From an uncultured virus (IMG/VR IMGVR_UViG_3300037067_001926) (Duplodnaviria; Heunggongvirae; Uroviricota; Caudoviricetes): a DNA stretch of 64,000 nt. The position numbers were made by a program, and so were the translations under genes. This document shows, in pieces, positions 10,480 through 19,986 of this stretch (position 1 is the first letter of the stretch; the number at the start of each line of letters is the position of its first letter). The stretch lies in IMG/VR virus record IMGVR_UViG_3300037067_001926; one strand, written 5' to 3'. The notes below the pieces were generated by a model that saw only the letters and a program-made list of their open reading frames with translations, was not told the origin of the DNA and searched no databases.

Positions 10480-11669
10480 CCCCTTCCGAAGTCCAGCAGG
10501 TAGAGCGCAAGCTGGTCAAGGCTAGGATTGCCCTGCTCTTGACTCAACCGTTCTTCGCTACACTCGCAGTGCGCCTCCGTATGGAGGCCGTAGCGGATGG
10601 CAAGATCGGCGGTACGCCTGTGCCGATAGCAGCAACCGACGGGGATAAGTTCTACTATAACCCCGAAGGGTGCGCTACCCTAAGCATGGATGAGGCTAAG
10701 GGCTTGTGGGCACATGAAGTACTCCACATTGCCATGCTCCACCAGTTGCGGATGCAGTCTCGTAACCCGCGGAAATGGAATACTGCGGCGGACTTCGCTA
10801 TCAATGTTATCGTGAAATCTGCTGGCCTGTCCCTGCCAGCAGGACACCTTGACAACCCGCACTTCAACGGCAAGCACGCTGAGGAAATCTATCGCCTCTT
10901 GCCTGATGGAGACGGAGGTGGCGGCAAAGGCTCAGGCCAGTGTCCGCCCGGCGGACAGCAGAACGGACAGGCTGGGGGGAAACCCGGAGGGGATGACCCC
11001 TCCGACTTCGGCATGGTGTTGCCCGCTCCCCCCGATCAAGCCGCCACTCAGGAACAAGAGTGGCGCGTGGCAGTGCAGCAAGCGGCACATGCTGCCCGCT
11101 CCTGCGGGAAGCTCCCCGGAGGGCTGGAGGAGTTGGTCAAGTCGCTTCGCGGCCCGACTGCGCCGTGGTTCGACTACCTGCGGAAGTTCATCTCTGAGCT
11201 TATGGCAGCAGACTACACCTGGAGTCGCCCAAGCCGGCGCTCTGCGAGCTTAGGCGTGTACCTGCCCAGTACAGTCAAGCAAGGCGTCGGTGCCATCGAC
11301 TTGGCTATCGACACTTCCGGCTCAATCTCGAACGATGAGCTTGAGCGCTTCGGTTCTCGGTTCCTGACCTTGCATGAGGAACTGCGGCCGGAGTTGCTTC
11401 GAGTGATCTACTTCGACTCGATTGTCCAGCGAGTCGAAGAGTTCGGCCCGGACGATACGCCAGCATTCAACGTCAAGGGCAGGGGCGGCACGGACTTCCG
11501 GCCAATCTTCGATTGGATCACGCAAAGCGCACGGGAACTGCGGTGCCTTGTTGTGCTAACTGACCTTCAAGCAGCTTTCCCTGACGAAGCGCCAGATTAC
11601 CCGGTGCTTTGGGTAACCGTGGCTGATGGCATGGCCCCCTTTGGGGACACAGTACGAATGGAGGAATGA
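10476..11669 (+). CDS. DUF2201-type metallopeptidase + VWA domain protein
   Basis: AATDG, AHEVLH (HExxH), a Gly-rich linker, MIDAS DTSGS and GRGGTDFRP. Confidence 0.85.
   Translation: MTPSEVQQVERKLVKARIALLLTQPFFATLAVRLRMEAVADGKIGGTPVPIAATDGDKFYYNPEGCATLSMDEAKGLWAHEVLHIAMLHQLRMQSRNPRKWNTAADFAINVIVKSAGLSLPAGHLDNPHFNGKHAEEIYRLLPDGDGGGGKGSGQCPPGGQQNGQAGGKPGGDDPSDFGMVLPAPPDQAATQEQEWRVAVQQAAHAARSCGKLPGGLEELVKSLRGPTAPWFDYLRKFISELMAADYTWSRPSRRSASLGVYLPSTVKQGVGAIDLAIDTSGSISNDELERFGSRFLTLHEELRPELLRVIYFDSIVQRVEEFGPDDTPAFNVKGRGGTDFRPIFDWITQSARELRCLVVLTDLQAAFPDEAPDYPVLWVTVADGMAPFGDTVRMEE
10942..10956. repeat. Dispersed palindrome copy 2
   Basis: GTCCGCCCGGCGGAC in the VWA protein linker (CPPGGQ). Confidence 0.95.
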
Positions 11670-13742
11670 CAATGAACGCAATACCGAAGTTCGCACATAC
11701 TATCGAGCACAGCGTTGGCAACGTGGTCCGCATCCAGTGGCTCGAAGAGAGCGGTTGTTTTGAGAGTGACGGTGATCCAAACCGCTGGCATCACTTCAGG
11801 ATCATCGGGGTTTGGGCAGCCGCGCGGATGCTGCTGCTCGAAGGCGTAGACGAAGGCAAGGCGAAGTTCTGTGGGCCACCGTTCTGGGTTCCAGTCGAGC
11901 GGATCTACATTATGGAGATTGAGGATGCTGGTAAAGGAGAACCATGCAACTGACCGACCAAGAACTCGCTACGGTGCTTGCCGCACTGCGATACTGGCAG
12001 CGTGAGGGCCTGATGAGCGACGGGATCGAACGAATGGTAGCCACTGACGCTGATACCCTCATTGCCCTGACAGGTACGGAGATCAACACGCTTTTCGAGA
12101 AGTTCGACTGCCTCGACCCCATTGTGAACGCTGACCCCAATGACACAACGCGGCTGGACCTGATAGAGAAGGGTGGCGTACACGTCGAGAAGACAGGGGC
12201 TGGCGTGTGGATGGTCTGGGGCCGCGGCAAAGGTTTCGCTTTGAAGTTGCGCCGGGCTTTGGACCTGTACAAGGAAGCGGAGAGGGTGACCGATGAAGGT
12301 CTTGGCACCTGTACTCTGGTCGACGAAGGGCTAGTCTGGGATGCAGATAGGCAGTTCTACAGAAAGGAGCACAATGAAGAACCGACTCAATAAGCAGAAA
12401 CCAGTCGCCTCCCATCCGCTGATGATGCTCGGCGTTGAGATGTGGGTGATGGGGCGTATCACTTACGACGAACACGGTAGCCCTTCCGTGAGCGATGGCT
12501 CTGGCAATCTAGTGCCACCGCAGGCGGGAGACATCGAACGTATCACATGGTATCGAAAGGCACTGTTGACAAAAGCGAAGTACTTGCAGTCCTGGCTCAA
12601 ATCCGCCCAACAGTTGTCGAAGTCGCAAGGAGGCCCGAAGCGATGACTAGCGACAAGTTCCCCTTCACGCTGGACGGCAAGAGCTACCATGCGGACAGGA
12701 CCTTCGCCGACACACCAGCGGTCTACACAGTCACCGGATTCGACAAGGATGGCTGGCCCTACGTCGACGGCCTGGGTGCCAGCGGAAATCCTGTACGAGC
12801 GGATGTTTTGCTTCTAGGTTTGAAGACTCACAGCGTGGTTGTGATCGGCCAAGAGGACTACACCACAGGAGAACCGAAGGCATGACCCACAGGGATGGAT
12901 CACTGGAGCACAGCCTCCTTGAGAATGACCAGATAGTCATAACCCAATGGTTACGGCTCAGGGACTACGGTCCACGCGGAGGCATACAGCACGTTTGGGA
13001 CAACCCTACAATCTGCGTGACTCACAAGCAGCTTCAACAACTGGCGAAGAAGTACCTGAAAGGATATCCGCATGGCAAACACAAGTAGGCCCGGCTTGAC
13101 CGCGAAGGGGATGGCTTTCGTAGCCACCGTGAGCGCTGCGATCAGGCTGCACAAGGACGGGCACTATGGGATGAGTGCAGAGGTTGAGTCGTTCATCGAG
13201 ACCCTGGTGAACTGTTGCTTCCCGCTTCCGCGGGAGCGCGATGTCGTAATGGATGTAGCATTCCCGCCTAACAAGAGGACAAAATGAAACTGTTTCACAT
13301 CGGAGACGTACTTTCCCTGACAACCGGGAGACTCGTATCACCACAGGCAATGGACGGGGTGCATGAGATCCTAGACTTTCTGACTGGGAACAAGCTCTGG
13401 ACGCATCAACTGCCCCGCGCTTGCGAAGAGTGCCACCCTTGGCTGCGCTCCCAGTTCCCCAGGCTGTTCCCTGAAGAACCGCTGGTGGCTGCGGCACTAG
13501 GGAAGCTGGACGCCCTTATAGTTGAGGGCGATACACGCGAACAGCGTTGGGGGAGGATAGAGCAGTGGCTCGATGACCTACGTTTTGCGTTGGGCCTGCC
13601 GGAGATGCTCCCCGTATACGAGATGGCGGCGGACATGCACACGCACATTGACCCAGTCGAAGAAGCCAAGGCAATGTTCGGAGACAACCAAGTAGTAACT
13701 GTTGACCCTACCGCAGAGCGGGAGGGAGAGGAGGAGGAGTAA
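11666..13742 (+). CDS. Cluster of small hypothetical genes (11666-11953, 11944-12393, ~12374-12646, ~12643-12885, 12882-13088, 13072-13287, 13284-13742)
   Basis: Overlapping start/stop junctions; 13284-13742 resembles a conserved phage hypothetical (LSLTTGRLVS...WTHQLPR). Confidence 0.6.
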
Positions 13743-13744
13743 CA

Positions 13745-13984
13745 ATGGAAATGCACTTGATTGAAGGATCGAAGAACATCCACTCGATAGGCTGGACCCC
13801 TACGGGTCCGACCCTGCGGGTGGAGTTTCTCAACAGCAAGGGCAAGGAGAACGAGCCCAGGAGAATCTACGACTACGAGGGCGTAGGGCAGGCCATGTTC
13901 CAGGAGTTGATGAACTCCCCAAGCAAAGGGACCTACTTCTCTCGCGTGATTAAAGGTCGGTTTCCCGTCCGCCGGATTCAGTAG
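13745..13984 (+). CDS. KTSC domain protein
   Basis: SKNIHSIGW...LRVEF...YDYEGV...LMNSPSKGTYFSRVIK matches the KTSC pattern. Confidence 0.85.
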   Translation: MEMHLIEGSKNIHSIGWTPTGPTLRVEFLNSKGKENEPRRIYDYEGVGQAMFQELMNSPSKGTYFSRVIKGRFPVRRIQ

Positions 13985-14288
13985 AGTGCGGAATCTCATG
14001 CACATCCATAGGAGGTTGCTCGCGCACTTCCATCCTTGCCATGATCGCGTCCAGCTTGGAGCGCTTCATCTGGACAAGACTGCGAAGCAATGCGAGAATC
14101 TCCAGGTTCATCTCGTAGATGAGTTCGGTGCGCCTGAAGTGCGCAGAGTCGCCGGCCTTGAGCGCCAGCACCTGCTGAATGTATGCTTTACTGACTGGGA
14201 TCTTCCGGTCTTTCAACTCATGGAGAATCTCACTGGAGGTGTACGCTTTCGCGTGAAGATCAAGGATCTGATCGCGGATTTTGGCCAT
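13950..14288 (-). CDS. Putative HTH transcriptional regulator (repressor-like), leaderless
   Basis: The only convincing minus-strand gene in the left arm. N-terminal helical ILDLHAKAYTSSEILHELKDRKIPVSKAYIQQVL looks HTH-like, and its own sigma70 promoter ends 7 nt before the ATG. Confidence 0.6.
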   Translation of the reverse strand: MAKIRDQILDLHAKAYTSSEILHELKDRKIPVSKAYIQQVLALKAGDSAHFRRTELIYEMNLEILALLRSLVQMKRSKLDAIMARMEVREQPPMDVHEIPHSTESGGRETDL

Positions 14289-14294
14289 GCCTAA

Positions 14295-14323
14295 ATCCTA
14301 GACGATTGATTCAGCGGAGTCAA
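14295..14323 (-). promoter_or_regulatory. Sigma70-type promoter (leftward)
   Basis: Minus strand TTGACT (14323-14318), 17 bp spacer, TAGGAT (14300-14295). Confidence 0.7.
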
Positions 14324-14329
14324 CAGGTG

Positions 14330-14358
14330 TTGACACGCTCAGCTTGTACAAGTATTAT
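14330..14358 (+). promoter_or_regulatory. Strong sigma70-type promoter (rightward)
   Basis: TTGACA (14330-14335), 17 bp spacer, TATTAT (14353-14358), upstream of the beta clamp operon. Confidence 0.85.
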
Positions 14359-14402
14359 TGAAGTGGCACCGAAGCTGGTGCCCGATTCCAATAGGAGGTT
14401 TA

Positions 14403-15458
14403 ATGCAGGTAGCAACGAAAGCTCTAGTTGCAGAACTAGCATGGGTAGCCAAGTTCTGCGATTCAGGCAAGTCCATCCCCATCCTGGGCAACGTCCTCTT
14501 CGAGGCGAAGGACGGCATACTACGCCTCACCGGAACGGATCTGGAGGCCGCTGGAATTACTGAACTGGATGGCACTCACGGCAAACCGTGGCGAATCACG
14601 GCCGCGCCTAAGGAGTTGCTCAAGTACATCAAGAGCATTGAGGATACGGAAGTCACGCTCTCCCTTGCGGATAAGGCACTGAGTATCCAGGCATCGTCGT
14701 CTGGCGCTTCCCTACTCACTATACCGGCTGAGTCCTTCCCTGATTTGCCGATCCTCGCTACGCCCTCAACAATCACGGGCTTAAGCGTGGCCATCCCGCG
14801 GGTCCTTCCGTTCATCTCTTCTGTTGAGTCGCGCTTTTCACTTATGGGGGCGCTGCTTGAGAATGCCAAGGATGGTGCTCGCCTTGTCGCAACCGACGGC
14901 CATCGAATGTCGGTAGCAAGCATCCAGTTCGACGGCCCGGAGATCCATGTGATTGTTCCGAAGGCATCTTTGTCCAGGCTTCGAACCCTCGGCGATACAG
15001 TGCAGTTCGGCACAGAGACGGACTTCATGGCCTTCGCCTGCGGCCGACGCAAGATCGTGTCTCGTGTTCTCGATGGGAACTTCCCTGACTACACTCGCGT
15101 TGCGCCGGCTGAGTACCCCTACCACGCCCTGGTTGACGCCAGCACGCTTCTCAAGGCCGTCGGCAGAGTGGCAGTGTTCGCCGATCAGTGTAGCATGTTA
15201 ATCAGCCTGCACCTCTCCGAAGGATCAGTGGTCGTGCAGGCGGAGGTTGAATATACCGGCAAGGCCACCGAAGTAGTCCCGGTACTGGGCGGAGACGCTT
15301 CTCCAATGAAGATCGGGTTCAATGCTGAGTACTTGATGGACGCCCTCGGTCTGCTGAAGGGGCATCCTGTAGCCTTCTGCTACAAGGATCCAAAGTCTGC
15401 GGTCGGGATCATTGCCGCCGATGGCTGGCACTACATGGGCATGCCGTGCCGGGTTTGA
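14403..15458 (+). CDS. dnaN: DNA polymerase III beta subunit (sliding clamp)
   Basis: SIPILGNVLF, LTGTDLE, ESRFSLMGALL, LVATDGHRM, LDGNFPDY, IGFNAEYLMD and C-terminal MPCRV; AGGAGG RBS before the ATG at 14403. Confidence 0.92.
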   Translation: MQVATKALVAELAWVAKFCDSGKSIPILGNVLFEAKDGILRLTGTDLEAAGITELDGTHGKPWRITAAPKELLKYIKSIEDTEVTLSLADKALSIQASSSGASLLTIPAESFPDLPILATPSTITGLSVAIPRVLPFISSVESRFSLMGALLENAKDGARLVATDGHRMSVASIQFDGPEIHVIVPKASLSRLRTLGDTVQFGTETDFMAFACGRRKIVSRVLDGNFPDYTRVAPAEYPYHALVDASTLLKAVGRVAVFADQCSMLISLHLSEGSVVVQAEVEYTGKATEVVPVLGGDASPMKIGFNAEYLMDALGLLKGHPVAFCYKDPKSAVGIIAADGWHYMGMPCRV

Positions 15459-15470
15459 TAAGGAGAACAA

Positions 15471-16653
15471 ATGGCAACTCTTGAAGAAATCCGCAAAGCG
15501 GTACAGAAGATTACGCCTTCACCCAAGCCGACGAAGGCCCCCAAGAAGACTAAGGCTGTCCGCCGGGCGGACACCACGGCCATCGGCATGGACGGCACCG
15601 GCCGGCCTACGGCAGTTCGCCCTAGCGTGAAGGTAGCTGATCCTGGCGGCGATGCTCTGATGCAATCCGCGGAGCGGATCGTCAGGGCGCTGGAGTTGAA
15701 GGACTTGACTGCTGAGGCTCTGGTGAAGATCGTACACCAGAGCGAGATGTTGGAGGTGCAGTGATGGCGGCGCTTCCCATAGTGCTAGGTACACTGGCTG
15801 TCGTCGTATACATCTTCTCTACTCGGGTGAAGACAGCCGACAAGTATGTCAACTGGCTAATCAACACATATTACGACATCCGGCAGGCGGAGTGCGAAAC
15901 ATTATACGCTCAGCATATCGCAGGGACTTTTAGCCGGGATTGCTGGGATGAATACTCAGAGGCACACGCCAGACTATCGGCTGCTGTCCGCCGCCAGATT
16001 GATAGCATTTCTACTTGGCCGCTTCGCCTGTGGCTTAAGGAGTCTCAGCTTCGAGCGCCGGGGGAAGAGATCATCCGCGAAGCGCGGGCACGGCTGAAAG
16101 GTGGCTCCGCATGAAGATCGCGTTCCGATTCGAGAACGGCACCAGCGAACTGATCCTGACGCCGGAGAACGCAAGAGACCAGCAGTACCTCGGGCTCTGC
16201 ATGGATGGCAAGCAGTCCATACGCATGAAGCCTACGGCTAAGGAATGCACCATCTTGGAGTTCTCTGAAACCAAGCCAGTGCAATCTATCGACCCTGTGA
16301 TTATCAAGGAGGAAGACTATGAGCGAGTTGACGATCCTGGACAGTAGCGTATTTTGGGAAGAGATGATCTCGCGCAGCGAAGCTGCCGACTGCATCGAGC
16401 ACCAGTATGGCAGGAAGTGGTTGCGGGAAGTAGTCGCAACCGCCTTCGAGTTGGAGAAGGAGTTCGAAGGAGTAGCCGAATGACATCAATACTCCGCAGG
16501 GCGACGGAGCGCCTGGAGTTAGCCCACGCCTACGCTGGAGATGGCGCTGTACTATCGGCTATATACTATGCGAAGGATGGCCTGAAGTTGCTGAATAAGG
16601 AGAAGCAACGTCGTATCAAGATCGGCCTGCTACCGAAGGAGAAATCTGAATGA
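15471..16653 (+). CDS. Small hypothetical genes (15471-15764, 15761-16114 with an N-terminal TM helix, 16111-16347, and short ORFs to 16653)
   Basis: Co-oriented, overlapping junctions. Confidence 0.55.
15558..15572. repeat. Dispersed palindrome copy 3
   Basis: GTCCGCCGGGCGGAC (VRRAD). Confidence 0.95.
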
Positions 16654-18014
16654 GTACACAAGACCGCGAAACACCAGACTTTGCAGCATTGGCCCAGTTG
16701 TTCCCAACATGGACGGCTGATGATCTGGAGATCATCTGGTCTCGCAATGAAGAGATCACCAAGGTCTCCGACCTGAAGTACTTCCTGAAGTATTGCCGGG
16801 AGTATGCCTTCAACCCCATCGTCGGCGAAGTCATCGCCACCATGCGCTACGATAGCATCCGGCGCAGGATGGTGCTAATAGCGATCGTCAAGATCGGAGT
16901 TCTCCGCAAGCGCCGGGCCCTGGAGTGCGATGGGCTGGACGAAGCAAAGTTTACCTACGAGGGTAGCTCCTTGGTGTCTGCCAGCGGTGCGATCTACCGT
17001 AAGGGATGTTCAAAACCATTCAGCACCACGGTCTATTTCTCGGAGTACGCCCCGAAGAACGATGCCGGTTCCGTCGTGCAGCATTGGAGGGAGAAGCCCC
17101 ACATCATGTTGGGAGCGTGCCTTGAGGCACAGCTCACCCGCATTGCGTTCTTCGATCTGTGCGGTGACTTCCTGACAGACGAAGAGACGCAAGCCAGTGC
17201 GCGTACCCCGTCCACTACCGATGACGCCACGCCGGAGGACGATCTTCGGGTGGCAGCATTGGCCGGCAAGATCGGGATGAAGCCAGTCGCCCAACCGCGG
17301 AGCGAGGCGGTCCAGGAACGGCAGCCCTTGGGGAAGGTGACTGCCGAGCCCGAACCGCCCGCTCCTCCAGAGCCCCCCATTGAAGCGCCGGCAAAGCCGC
17401 AGGCCAGCGTGCGCGATAGGATGGCGGCGGTGAAGGAAGCCTTTGGTGCGCCGGGCCAGGAAGCCAAGCGGATACTGAACGAGTACTGCCGTGGCTTCTT
17501 CAACAGCGAGACTCTGCCGAATAAGGAGAAGGTCTACCTGCCACTTCTCGACAAGATCGAGACTGAAGTCTCTGACGCTGCCCGGCTGAAGGCGTTGGTT
17601 GATAGCCCACGCAAGGCGGGGGCCATCGCTGCCGGCCGCGGGCCCGGCCCTGTCGAAGGGTACGGCCGTGAGCACTCCTGGGATCTGGAGTCCATGCGCC
17701 TCCTCCGGGAGATAGCACTGGCTCGGGGCATGTCCGAGGAAGATGCCGTGAGTTGGATGGAGCACATCGGTATCGGTGCGCTTGGGACGAACGATGTTCG
17801 GGCCTTCCTGAATGTCGCCATGCTGACCCGCAATGCGTACATTCTACTGGAACTCTCGAAGGCTCGGGGCAAGTCGGTCAGCGAACTGGCCGAGAGCATG
17901 AAGGGCATCCCGTCGGACAAGCTCGGGCAGGCACTGGAGGATCTCCAGGCTGAGCTTCCGAAGCCCGAAGCGGAGCCAATAGAAGACGACTTGCAGGAAG
18001 GGTTCCCGTTCTAA
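16650..18014 (+). CDS. Bet/RecT-family single-strand annealing recombinase with a long C-terminal extension
   Basis: FLKYCREYAFNP, IYRKGCSKPFSTTVYFSEY and WREKPHIMLGACLEAQLTRIAF resemble the Bet core; acidic C-terminus ending DDLQEGFPF. Confidence 0.7.
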   Translation: MSTQDRETPDFAALAQLFPTWTADDLEIIWSRNEEITKVSDLKYFLKYCREYAFNPIVGEVIATMRYDSIRRRMVLIAIVKIGVLRKRRALECDGLDEAKFTYEGSSLVSASGAIYRKGCSKPFSTTVYFSEYAPKNDAGSVVQHWREKPHIMLGACLEAQLTRIAFFDLCGDFLTDEETQASARTPSTTDDATPEDDLRVAALAGKIGMKPVAQPRSEAVQERQPLGKVTAEPEPPAPPEPPIEAPAKPQASVRDRMAAVKEAFGAPGQEAKRILNEYCRGFFNSETLPNKEKVYLPLLDKIETEVSDAARLKALVDSPRKAGAIAAGRGPGPVEGYGREHSWDLESMRLLREIALARGMSEEDAVSWMEHIGIGALGTNDVRAFLNVAMLTRNAYILLELSKARGKSVSELAESMKGIPSDKLGQALEDLQAELPKPEAEPIEDDLQEGFPF

Positions 18015-18016
18015 CC

Positions 18017-18031
18017 GTCCGCCCGGCGGAC
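18017..18031. repeat. Dispersed palindrome copy 4
   Basis: GTCCGCCCGGCGGAC, intergenic just after the Bet-like stop. Confidence 0.95.
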
Positions 18032-18046
18032 AGAGAAGGAGATCGG

Positions 18047-18522
18047 ATGACACAAGACGAATGGAACACTGCCCGTGACTACGCCTACAGCAAGATGGGC
18101 CTATGCGTGGTATGGCTATTGCTTCTGTGGTGGGTGCTTGCTGAGTCGTGGTATCACAACATCTTTGGTTTGTGCTTGGCGCTGTTCTTCCTCGCACTAT
18201 GCACGGTGTTGTTCTGTGTGCAGTGCGTTGACGCGGCGGAGGACAAGGCTGACCTGATGAAGCGCTCGCTAATACCCAAAGCGGAGGCTAAATGACGAAG
18301 GCTGAATGGGACAAGACAGTATCAATTACCCTGTGGAGGGTCTTCGACGTTCAGGCTCTTGTCATCTGCATAGTAGCGTTCGGCGCTGCCTGTTGGTCTG
18401 GAGGTTGGCATACCATTGTGGTGTCCGCCGTGGCGCTGCTGATCGTTTTACCGTGCGTGCTTTCGTGCTTCCACGATTTCGATAGCGTGAAGCGCTCGCT
18501 TGTTCGAGAGGAGAACAGATGA
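18047..18522 (+). CDS. Two tandem paralogous small membrane proteins (18047-18295, 18292-18522)
   Basis: Both start MTxxEW, have two hydrophobic segments and end with KRSL. Confidence 0.7.
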
Positions 18523-18749
18523 GTACATTCGGCCCTACGGGTGAGTTCCCTGACGGCGCTCTTAACCCTGCGGATGCTGGTGAGCTGAGGATGGCGATTG
18601 CTGTTGACAAGAGCAAGAAGATAGTTGTCATCGCGTTTGGCACGCCGGTTACGTGGCTGGCCCTGAGCGCGGGCGATACCCGCGTGATGGGTCTGAAGCT
18701 GTTGGAAGCTGCCGGTATGCTCGACCGGGCGGATGAGGTCATCAATTGA
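18519..18749 (+). CDS. Conserved phage hypothetical protein
   Basis: GPTGEFPDGALNPADAGEL...FGTPVTW motif; overlapping junctions. Confidence 0.6.
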   Translation: MSTFGPTGEFPDGALNPADAGELRMAIAVDKSKKIVVIAFGTPVTWLALSAGDTRVMGLKLLEAAGMLDRADEVIN

Positions 18750-19378
18750 ACATAGCGTTCGATCCCGACACGCATTCGTATCTGGTGGATGGGGAACCCT
18801 ACCCGAATGTCACTTCCATTTTGGCGGCAGAGGGTCTCTCAGACTTCAGCTACTGTACGGAAGAGAGTCGCAACCGCGGCACTCTGGTCCACCAGATATG
18901 CGACATCATCGACGCCGGGTGGCCCGAAGGGGTAGTGACGGAGGTCACTACCCCACAGGGGATCATCGAGAGGAGCCAGTGGTCCCCAGAAGATACTGAC
19001 CCACGGCTGGTGGGCTATGGGATGGCGTACTGCAATTACCTGCTGGCGTTTCGCCCAGTCTGGCAGTACATTGAGAAGCCCGTGGCGTCGAAGGTCTATC
19101 GGTATGTAGGTACACTGGATCGGCACGGTGTAATCCAGGGGGACCGGACAACCGTCGATATTAAGAGCGGCGAACCCAGCTATTCTGCTGATCCGCAGGT
19201 GGCTCTCTACTCTTTCGCCCTCGAAGAGATGGAAGGACTCAGGTCAGATGACAAGTACGCCCTCTGGCTCCGACCCGATGGGACGTTCAAGAGGGTTCCG
19301 GGTGACAGCGCTGGATTGAGCGCCGGCATCGCAGCGGTTACGCTGTACCACTGGAGGAAGGAAAGGAAGTTGCTATGA
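18746..19378 (+). CDS. PD-(D/E)XK exonuclease-like protein
   Basis: FDPDTHSY..PNVTSIL, RGTLVH, IEKPV, YVGTLDR, VDIKSG, QVALY. Confidence 0.8.
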   Translation: MNIAFDPDTHSYLVDGEPYPNVTSILAAEGLSDFSYCTEESRNRGTLVHQICDIIDAGWPEGVVTEVTTPQGIIERSQWSPEDTDPRLVGYGMAYCNYLLAFRPVWQYIEKPVASKVYRYVGTLDRHGVIQGDRTTVDIKSGEPSYSADPQVALYSFALEEMEGLRSDDKYALWLRPDGTFKRVPGDSAGLSAGIAAVTLYHWRKERKLL

Positions 19379-19674
19379 GATGGATGATCGCATATTGTTG
19401 GTGGGCCCTTTGGGGGTTCGGCCGTTGGCTCTGGCACGCCGAAGGGCATGGCGACTGGCAGGACTATTGGCGGTCGGGACGGCATACCTCATGGTATCCC
19501 CTCCGCTGCGCGGCCTGTGGTTGGCGTGGCCCTGAGTGCTGGGCAGAGCACGGCTACGCCGGCGACTCGGGGAGTGAGGACGTTGAACCGACTGACTACT
19601 GCCCGCGGTGCGGGAGAGAGGTGTGACAGATGAACGAGACAGGTAATAGCATGTGTAACTTTGAAAGGAGCATC

Positions 19675-19986
19675 ATGAAGCGCAATCTGACAACGAACCT
19701 TTTGGGCGACGAGACCATTCTTCGCGCCGCCCTGGCTGGCCTGGAAGCTCAGGCCGATGGCATCACTTCGAAGATCGAGCAGGTGAAGACGGCGCTCTCC
19801 GGCCGGGCGATAGCCAAGCTGAATAAGCTGTCCAAGCGCTTTGCGAAGGACGTTGAGGCCGGGCCGTGGAATCCCGCCAAGGGCAAGCGCAAGATGTCCG
19901 CTGCCGGCAGGAAGCGGATCGCAGCAGCGCAAAAGAAACGCTGGAATGCGTTCCACAAGGCGCAGAAGCAGCAGAAGGAGAAGTAG
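19675..19986 (+). CDS. Small basic putative nucleoid-associated/DNA-binding protein
   Basis: N-terminal coiled coil (ILRAALAGLEAQ...IEQVKTAL) and C-terminal KRKMSAAGRKRIAAAQKKRW; AAGGAG RBS. Confidence 0.65.
   Translation: MKRNLTTNLLGDETILRAALAGLEAQADGITSKIEQVKTALSGRAIAKLNKLSKRFAKDVEAGPWNPAKGKRKMSAAGRKRIAAAQKKRWNAFHKAQKQQKEK

Noticed and set aside
4337..13215. Possible DGR template/variable repeat pair
   Set aside because: Mismatches are not adenine-specific, both copies are mid-gene, and no reverse transcriptase is visible in the window.
13986..14294. Plus-strand 102-aa ORF
   Set aside because: Antisense shadow of 13950-14288, which has its own promoter and a more protein-like composition.
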